From: a virus
Lineage: Duplodnaviria; Caudoviricetes
Length of the DNA stretch: 53,089 bases
Virus record (IMG/VR): IMGVR_UViG_3300030397_000666
Span: 1 to 53,089 of that record
Direction: 5' to 3' (one strand)
Shown here: in pieces, positions 47,080 through 53,089 of the stretch
How the letters are laid out: every line of letters begins with the position of its first letter
How positions within the stretch are numbered: position 1 is the first letter of the stretch
Position numbers and translations under genes: made by a program
Notes under the pieces: model-generated
Told to the model about the DNA's origin: nothing
Seen by the model: the letters and a program-made list of their open reading frames with translations, nothing else
Database searches by the model: none

Positions 47080-47175
47080 TATCACTATCCAAAAACGTGA
47101 CGACTGTATTTCTAGGAAATCGCGTTGATTCCCAGTCGTTTTCTAACCAGAATAAAAAAATTAAAGAGGTGACTG

Positions 47176-50100
47176 ATGAAGGTAAAGACCGTAGCTGAGA
47201 GGGAGGTTCACAATGCGAACCGCCAATATAACAGGACTAAGAATAGACTGGAAGCCGCTAAGGCAGTAAACGAGACAGAGGAGAACATTAAACAGAGGGA
47301 AGAGGAGTTCTTAAAGGCTACAGAGAGGAAGCGCAAGGCGAAGAACGCGCTAGAATTAGAGAGAGCGAACAAGGCGTTGGCCGCTAACAATAACACTGAG
47401 AGCTTCCTGAAAAGCAAGTCTATAGCATCCCAAAAGAACGCTGAAAACCAGTCTTTATCGGACAGAGCGGGCGTTTTTCTACCCGACGAAGACATCACGA
47501 CCCCCGATAATTTAAACACCGAAGATTCCTCCATAGATACCACCGACAATTTTACTCCTGTCCGAAGGAGCAGTCAAGAGGGCACCAAGACAAGTGGAAC
47601 CAAGCCACAATTGAAGGACACACTCGAAGACCTGTCCACTCGAAAAGTTCGCGTTAAAATCGACAAGAATATCCTCAATCCAATTAAATGGCTAGCAGAC
47701 TTCAGACGGGAAGCTTTAGCGCAAGGGTGGGACAATAAAGACGTTGCTCGAGTAGCCACGGAAGCATTGAAGGGAGACGCAGACTATTCTTGGGCGACAA
47801 TACATCGATTCATCGAGGTGGATAAGGAAGAATCCCATGGTGCAAGAGACTTCGGCAAGCTGATGAAGCAAGAAGAGGCAGAATATCAAAAAAACCTCGA
47901 AATTGGACCAGGAGGCGAAATTTATCCTGGGGCAGGTAAATTGACCACCAAGATGAAAAAAGGCCCTAAAAAGACAAATTTGACCCCTTTTGAGCAATCT
48001 AAGAACAATCCCCTACCTCCAGCGACGAATCGAGAGGAACTTCTGGCTAAGGGGAAAAAGTTAGCGAATCCGAAGACAGACGACCAAGATGTAGCCGTGA
48101 AGAAAACCAAGGAAGAGTGGGCAAAAGAGGGGATTCTTGCAACTGAAGGAGAGGAAGAAATCGAGACCATCGAGAATCTTGAGCCCTTGAAACTGACCAT
48201 CAAGAAGACATGTGACCCAGTAGAATTCAAAATCGAGAGGGGCGGTAAGTTGTTAGTCCGAGAGGAAATTGACAGGGACCAACTCCCTACCCTGTTCATA
48301 AAGCCGGGACTACCACCAAAACCTCAATTTTTCACAGGCAATCTTTTCGGTGAGGAATACCGTGGGATGGTAGCGAGAGTGACCACATCGAACGAGCATG
48401 TGATTGTCGCCAATCTTGAGGAAGTCGAGCAAGACAAGAGACAGCTCGAAATCGGGGACATCGTGAGATACAACAACCCAGACGATCCGAAGTTCAAGAA
48501 GCTCAACGGTAAGACAGCGACAGTTAAGGACAGGGGAATATACGGTTATACATGTCTTTTTGAGGAAAATGGGGGTTGCATGAAGATGGAACTCGACAGC
48601 AAACACCTCACCTTTCTCTCAGGCCCAGAAAAAGAGCAAGAGGAGAGATATGTCTTCGTGGACAAGGAACCTGAGGTAGGCGACCTGGTCTATTTCGACA
48701 AGCCAGAGCATTCGATGAATGGAAGAAAAGGGCGAGTCGAGGGCGTCAAGAGAAACAACCTCACCGTGAATTTTGGTAGCTACGACGATCCGATAGACAT
48801 TGAGAGGATAAAAAAATCAAACCTTCGAGTCCTATGCGAGGATACCACGGACATCGAGGAAGACGACGAAGGCGAATTGTACTGCATCGAATCTGGTGGA
48901 AAAAAGACCTACTACGCCGCAGTTGAACTACCAGAGAAAAATGAAAAAGTCCAGAGCTTGAAGGTAGGCGACACCGTGAAAGTGATCGGGAAGTTCCGCT
49001 GCAAGAAGAAACACGACAAAAAAGAAAACCACTATTTCGAGCAGGTGGGCAAAATCGTCGAGAAATGGGAAGACGACGAACTCGAGTTCTCTGTCCAATT
49101 CGACGACGGAAACGAGAGAGACTTCACCCCCGACATGCTCGAGAAATTCGAGGAAAAATCTGAGCCTCTCGACAAGGCAATTTTTACAGACGACATTGTA
49201 GAAGTGATCGGGGATTCTGTGGATTCTCCAGACATGGACTTCAAGGGATTGAAGGGGAAAGTTGTCTCCATTTTCAAGGGGATGTACTGGGTCGCTGTCG
49301 AGGGATTTGAGGCGACTGAGTCCATGGTCGAGCCTTGCTTTAGGAAGGAATCTCTGAAGCTTTTGGAGCCAGGTCTTGCTATGAATACAGGCCCCGTTTA
49401 TGCGAACTCTACTGCTATCGCACCCAAGAAAATGAGCCTCGATGAGGTCGAGGAGACTGACGAGGACCTTTTCGCTAGCGTTGGTGACAAGGTTGAGATT
49501 GTAGGAAAAGGTTTAGCAGGCGAGGATTTGATAGGGAAGACAGGTCTTGTGAGCTTGGTTGACGATGAGGACGAACACATTGTTCTCGTGGTTCTTGACG
49601 ACCTAGAAATAAAGGATCCTGTGTGGTTCTCTGCTACGAGCCTTGAAATCATTGACGCTCTCGACCCTCAGGACCTTGAAGAATTAGAGAAGAATTTTGA
49701 ACTCGAAATGTTGGTCGAAATCACAGGTCCTTCCATTCGAGGACTCAACGACGAGATAGGAAAGAAGGGGATAATCACGAGAATCAAAAACGCTGACGAT
49801 GTAGCTGCCCTTGTCGAGTTTGGAGAAAAAGATCCAGACACAGGACAAGAAAAAGTAGTAAAGGTCTGGTGTCCTTTCACAAGCTTGAAGCCTGTAGACA
49901 CTGTCGTCCAGGAAAAAGTAACCCAAGATCCCGATAATAATTTCGGGTATGGAATAGAGGATTATGTCACCATCAACGGGCCGACTGTGAAGGGAGCAAA
50001 AAACTACATTGGAGCCACGACATTCGTGGAGGCTATCGACGGCGATATTATAACCGTGAACGCTGGACTTATGATTGAAGGTGAAGCAGACAGTTCCTCA

Positions 50101-51864
50101 GCTAGATTCCCCAAGAGCAGTATCAGGAAAGCGAGCAAGGAAGAGATTGAGAATGTGACCCGAGAATGTCCCGAAGATTTGAATGGAGCCATTGAAGATT
50201 CTGAGGGCGAAGACGAGCTGGAAATCTACGACGGTCCTATAGAGGACTTCTGCGAAGGCGTTAGTACACCTACAGGAAACGAAGAAGGGGCAACTGAAGA
50301 TTTTCAGGAGGAACTCGAAGACCAAAAAGAATGGAAAAAAGGGGATAAAGTCAAGATCTGCGCTGGACCAGAAGAAAACTTTATCGGCCTTGTTGGAGTA
50401 GTCGATCGGGTGGGATCTCTTGCGAGCGATGACACACTCACCTTAGTTTGGGGACGAGATAGAATCGTTGTAAAAAAAGAACACGTTCGAGCTTATGTCC
50501 CCTCAGATGAGGAGAAGGTTCCATCGGATCTAGGGGATGGAACCATTTATGACTTGGCCAGCAATCCAGAAGGCCTCATCTGCGAATATTGTGGCTCTCA
50601 GGAAAACGTCCAGACCTTAGACGATCCAGACGACGAGGAAGAGTCTACCTTCGCAGTTTGTCAGAGCTGTATCGACGACGTGAAGGAAGAGGCAAAAGAG
50701 GCCGAGAAGAAGTCTGTTGAGAAGAAACGTAGCGAACGTGAAAAAGAGCCTCAGAAGTCCAGCGAGAGGGTCAATAAGGACGTAGTAAACAAACGAGATA
50801 AAGAGGAACCTAAGGAAGGAAAGGACATGATTATCGACACGTCTTGGGAACAGGATAGAAAGTCTGGAGAGGTAGAGATTACACAGGGAAGCAAGGAAGA
50901 AGTGACCCTCGAGCAATTCCCAGATACAATCGACGGAGCGATTCAAGAGTACAACGAGAGAGTCGACTCTGAGTCCAATAAAATCTACGATCCAGAGCTT
51001 CAACTTTACATCGACATTGAGAAGTTCAAACTGCTCCACCCTGACGCTGTCGTCGAGCAGAAACAGCCGAGTAAATCCATCACGAAAGTGGTGAATGAGA
51101 AGGAGTTTACAGACTCCTGTCTCCACCACAAAATCGATAAGGGAAGACTCTACGCTGTCCGCCGATCGAATCCTCATGTCCTAGAAATTTATGTCAGCAC
51201 GAAGGACGTAGGCAAGCATTCAGCCATCACCCAATATCAAGGAGAATGGTGGACGCTCCACGATACCGAGGACAAAAACGAGCAGGATATGAAGCGAGTT
51301 TTTCCTGACTTCTACGCAGGTAATGACACAATTATCGTGAGGGATCCTAAGACAGGAGAGCAGAAGGTAAGGCAGGCCGCAACCTTCTCAATCGACTCGA
51401 AAACCAACAAGCTAAAAATCGTGAAGAATGGAGAAGAACCAGGCGTGAAGGTACCTGCTGGATCCACCCCAAAATTTGACAAGGAAACAGGACTTCTCAC
51501 GGTGATTCATTCCAATGGAGAGAAGACAGTTCACGACCTATCAAGAAAGGTGAAGGTCCCCGAGATTCCTATAGCCCCCCCGAATGCTATGGAGGACATC
51601 CAGGTCGAGAAGAAAGTCGACTCGACGAAGGTGAAGCAGTCTGTCTCTGAGAACTTCGAGCAGTACGCTGAGGCCCTACCTAACGTCGATGGAGAGATGA
51701 AGAAAAGCACTGTTGCGTTTCCAGACTTGAACCTCCAGAAGAATGTCTGGATTGCGAAGCGGGCGCATGAGCTCACGTCGGATCGTATTGGACAATTCGA
51801 GGATTGCTATAAGATAGCATGCTCTGAATGGAACACCTACTTAACGAAACACTTAGAGAATTAG
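47176..51864 (+). CDS. Large acidic protein with about 8 KOW/SH3-like repeats and a zinc ribbon
   Basis: Repeated GD.V.(I/V).G......G..G.V units; CEYC...CQSC; N-terminal coiled coil; GAGGTG RBS. Confidence 0.7.
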   Translation: MKVKTVAEREVHNANRQYNRTKNRLEAAKAVNETEENIKQREEEFLKATERKRKAKNALELERANKALAANNNTESFLKSKSIASQKNAENQSLSDRAGVFLPDEDITTPDNLNTEDSSIDTTDNFTPVRRSSQEGTKTSGTKPQLKDTLEDLSTRKVRVKIDKNILNPIKWLADFRREALAQGWDNKDVARVATEALKGDADYSWATIHRFIEVDKEESHGARDFGKLMKQEEAEYQKNLEIGPGGEIYPGAGKLTTKMKKGPKKTNLTPFEQSKNNPLPPATNREELLAKGKKLANPKTDDQDVAVKKTKEEWAKEGILATEGEEEIETIENLEPLKLTIKKTCDPVEFKIERGGKLLVREEIDRDQLPTLFIKPGLPPKPQFFTGNLFGEEYRGMVARVTTSNEHVIVANLEEVEQDKRQLEIGDIVRYNNPDDPKFKKLNGKTATVKDRGIYGYTCLFEENGGCMKMELDSKHLTFLSGPEKEQEERYVFVDKEPEVGDLVYFDKPEHSMNGRKGRVEGVKRNNLTVNFGSYDDPIDIERIKKSNLRVLCEDTTDIEEDDEGELYCIESGGKKTYYAAVELPEKNEKVQSLKVGDTVKVIGKFRCKKKHDKKENHYFEQVGKIVEKWEDDELEFSVQFDDGNERDFTPDMLEKFEEKSEPLDKAIFTDDIVEVIGDSVDSPDMDFKGLKGKVVSIFKGMYWVAVEGFEATESMVEPCFRKESLKLLEPGLAMNTGPVYANSTAIAPKKMSLDEVEETDEDLFASVGDKVEIVGKGLAGEDLIGKTGLVSLVDDEDEHIVLVVLDDLEIKDPVWFSATSLEIIDALDPQDLEELEKNFELEMLVEITGPSIRGLNDEIGKKGIITRIKNADDVAALVEFGEKDPDTGQEKVVKVWCPFTSLKPVDTVVQEKVTQDPDNNFGYGIEDYVTINGPTVKGAKNYIGATTFVEAIDGDIITVNAGLMIEGEADSSSARFPKSSIRKASKEEIENVTRECPEDLNGAIEDSEGEDELEIYDGPIEDFCEGVSTPTGNEEGATEDFQEELEDQKEWKKGDKVKICAGPEENFIGLVGVVDRVGSLASDDTLTLVWGRDRIVVKKEHVRAYVPSDEEKVPSDLGDGTIYDLASNPEGLICEYCGSQENVQTLDDPDDEEESTFAVCQSCIDDVKEEAKEAEKKSVEKKRSEREKEPQKSSERVNKDVVNKRDKEEPKEGKDMIIDTSWEQDRKSGEVEITQGSKEEVTLEQFPDTIDGAIQEYNERVDSESNKIYDPELQLYIDIEKFKLLHPDAVVEQKQPSKSITKVVNEKEFTDSCLHHKIDKGRLYAVRRSNPHVLEIYVSTKDVGKHSAITQYQGEWWTLHDTEDKNEQDMKRVFPDFYAGNDTIIVRDPKTGEQKVRQAATFSIDSKTNKLKIVKNGEEPGVKVPAGSTPKFDKETGLLTVIHSNGEKTVHDLSRKVKVPEIPIAPPNAMEDIQVEKKVDSTKVKQSVSENFEQYAEALPNVDGEMKKSTVAFPDLNLQKNVWIAKRAHELTSDRIGQFEDCYKIACSEWNTYLTKHLEN

Positions 51865-51873
51865 GAGGCTTCA

Positions 51874-52410
51874 ATGGAATACAAATTGTATCTGACACAG
51901 GAAGAAAACGGTACCATTGTGGAGGCTTTTAAAACGCGACGAAAGGCCCTTATGTCATTGAAAAGATTGTCAGTTCATGAGTTCGACAAGGGCTATTTTA
52001 CAGGGAAACTGGACGTACTTAAGAAAGTCGAGCAGCAACTAAGTGACTGCTTCTCGGACACCTTAACGATAGACCGTGACTCTTGGAAAGAGATTTATAT
52101 TGCTCTACATGTGAGAGCTGAAGATGTCCGAGAATCCTTGAAGGACAGTGTTTTAAATCCTATCGAGGAGAAGAAAGCTCGAGACCTCATCAACAGAATA
52201 AAGGTCGACCTTCGGCTAGACTTTGAAGAATCAAGTTTGATGCTCAGCCCCTTACACTCAGGCCTCTACACAATCGACGACTTGAGGAAGATGCTGAAGC
52301 AGTGGGAGCAGAGTATCGAGGACTCCTTCGGGTACATCCCTGGCGAGAATGAACTGCGAGCGATAGAGAGCTTTATCAATAGGATTCAGGAAGGAACATT
52401 GAAGCCATGA
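51874..52410 (+). CDS. Hypothetical protein
   Basis: RBS AGGAGG. Confidence 0.6.
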   Translation: MEYKLYLTQEENGTIVEAFKTRRKALMSLKRLSVHEFDKGYFTGKLDVLKKVEQQLSDCFSDTLTIDRDSWKEIYIALHVRAEDVRESLKDSVLNPIEEKKARDLINRIKVDLRLDFEESSLMLSPLHSGLYTIDDLRKMLKQWEQSIEDSFGYIPGENELRAIESFINRIQEGTLKP

Positions 52411-52673
52411 AAAAACTTCTAGCCAAGCTCTTCAAGAGGAAAAAGATACCCGAGTTTTTACCCGGGGATATAGTGCGAGTCAAGACAGACAACGAAGCCG
52501 TTAAGATTGCTATCGTCTATGAGGTCGCTGTGAACTTGGAGTATGCTAGAGTTATCGGCTTCGAGCAGATCCTACCCTTCTGTGGGTGGGCTAGCAATAG
52601 CTTCTGTCATGTCGAACCTCGAGCAGAAATGATTCGATTCTCGGACCTCACTAAGCTGTCGGAAACTGGATGA
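52407..52673 (+). CDS. Hypothetical protein with one KOW-like motif
   Basis: FLPGDIVRVK; ATGA overlap. Confidence 0.55.
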   Translation: MKKLLAKLFKRKKIPEFLPGDIVRVKTDNEAVKIAIVYEVAVNLEYARVIGFEQILPFCGWASNSFCHVEPRAEMIRFSDLTKLSETG

Positions 52674-52812
52674 AATGTGGAAGCTTAGAAGATATTTTAT
52701 ATCTGAATAGGCATACAGTATTTTTCTACTCAATATGAAAATGGATCGTGATATTGAAAAAGTTTTGGGTAAGTGTCGAAAAGTTTGGAGTAATGCTAAG
52801 AAATTTCCTACC

Positions 52813-53089
52813 TATTCTTTGAATAAGACACCTTATTCTAGCAATAAGCCTAAGACCCAGTATTTATAGGGGTCACAGGCTAGGTCCTAGAAAAAGGTAA
52901 ACTCAAACAGGAAAATAGGGAAAGCAAATTGGAAAAAGGTCAATTCAAATTAGAAAAACACCAACTTATTCTTTGAATAAGACACCTTATTCTAGCAATA
53001 AGCCTAAGACCCAGTATTTATAGGGGTCACAGGCTAGGTCCTAGAAAAAGGTAAACTCAAACAGGAAAATAGGGAAAGCAAATTGGAAA
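52813..53089. repeat. Exact direct repeat, 123 bp visible, period 154 bp, running off the contig end
   Basis: 52813-52935 is identical to 52967-53089. Confidence 0.9.

Noticed and set aside
45695-47128. Short ORFs in the control region (45695-46057, 45711-46022, 45892-46101, 46225-46449, 46859-47128)
   Set aside because: No clear RBS, they overlap terminators, promoters or the nuclease gene, and they have low-complexity AT-driven composition.
1-53089. Genome-wide TAG reassignment suggested by the CUA tRNA
   Set aside because: Conserved genes are full length in the standard code and TAG sits at natural gene ends, often with the next gene in another frame.

Overview
The window is a partial genome of a tailed bacteriophage, probably long-tailed. 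No integrase, DNA polymerase or endolysin is recognisable in it. On the + strand, 1-37.8 kb carries a few nucleic-acid genes (TGT-like barrel, 5'-3' exonuclease, sigma-like factor) and then the morphogenesis genes: terminases, portal, MuF-ADP-ribosyltransferase fusion, prohead protease, capsid, neck, tail tube, frameshifted chaperone, tape measure split by a 1-nt frame break, tail tip and fibres. A separately promoted operon follows, encoding a degenerate JAB protein, a degenerate ubiquitin-like protein, a radical SAM/SPASM enzyme of the SCIFF/ranthipeptide-maturase type, and a GT9 glycosyltransferase. The best candidate for a novel system is this maturase together with SCIFF-like CxxxC substrates. 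One substrate is a ~580-aa domain with ~130 Cys fused to the tail-tip protein; the other is a free 72-aa peptide with 15 Cys. This suggests RiPP-style thioether crosslinking of a virion component (inference, untested). On the - strand, 37.8-45.8 kb holds small genes and a 2.3-kb array of about 12 tRNA/tRNA-like RNAs. Three have readable anticodons (Thr-UGU, an atypical Met-CAU, an amber-suppressor CUA); the others keep the acceptor and T arms but have expanded, replaced or missing anticodon/D arms. A control region at 45.8-47.2 kb has iteron-like repeats and GAA hairpins and precedes a 1562-aa KOW-repeat protein. The contig starts with a random-amplification primer and ends in a direct repeat with 154-bp period. 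All calls come from manual motif reading; no database search was run.
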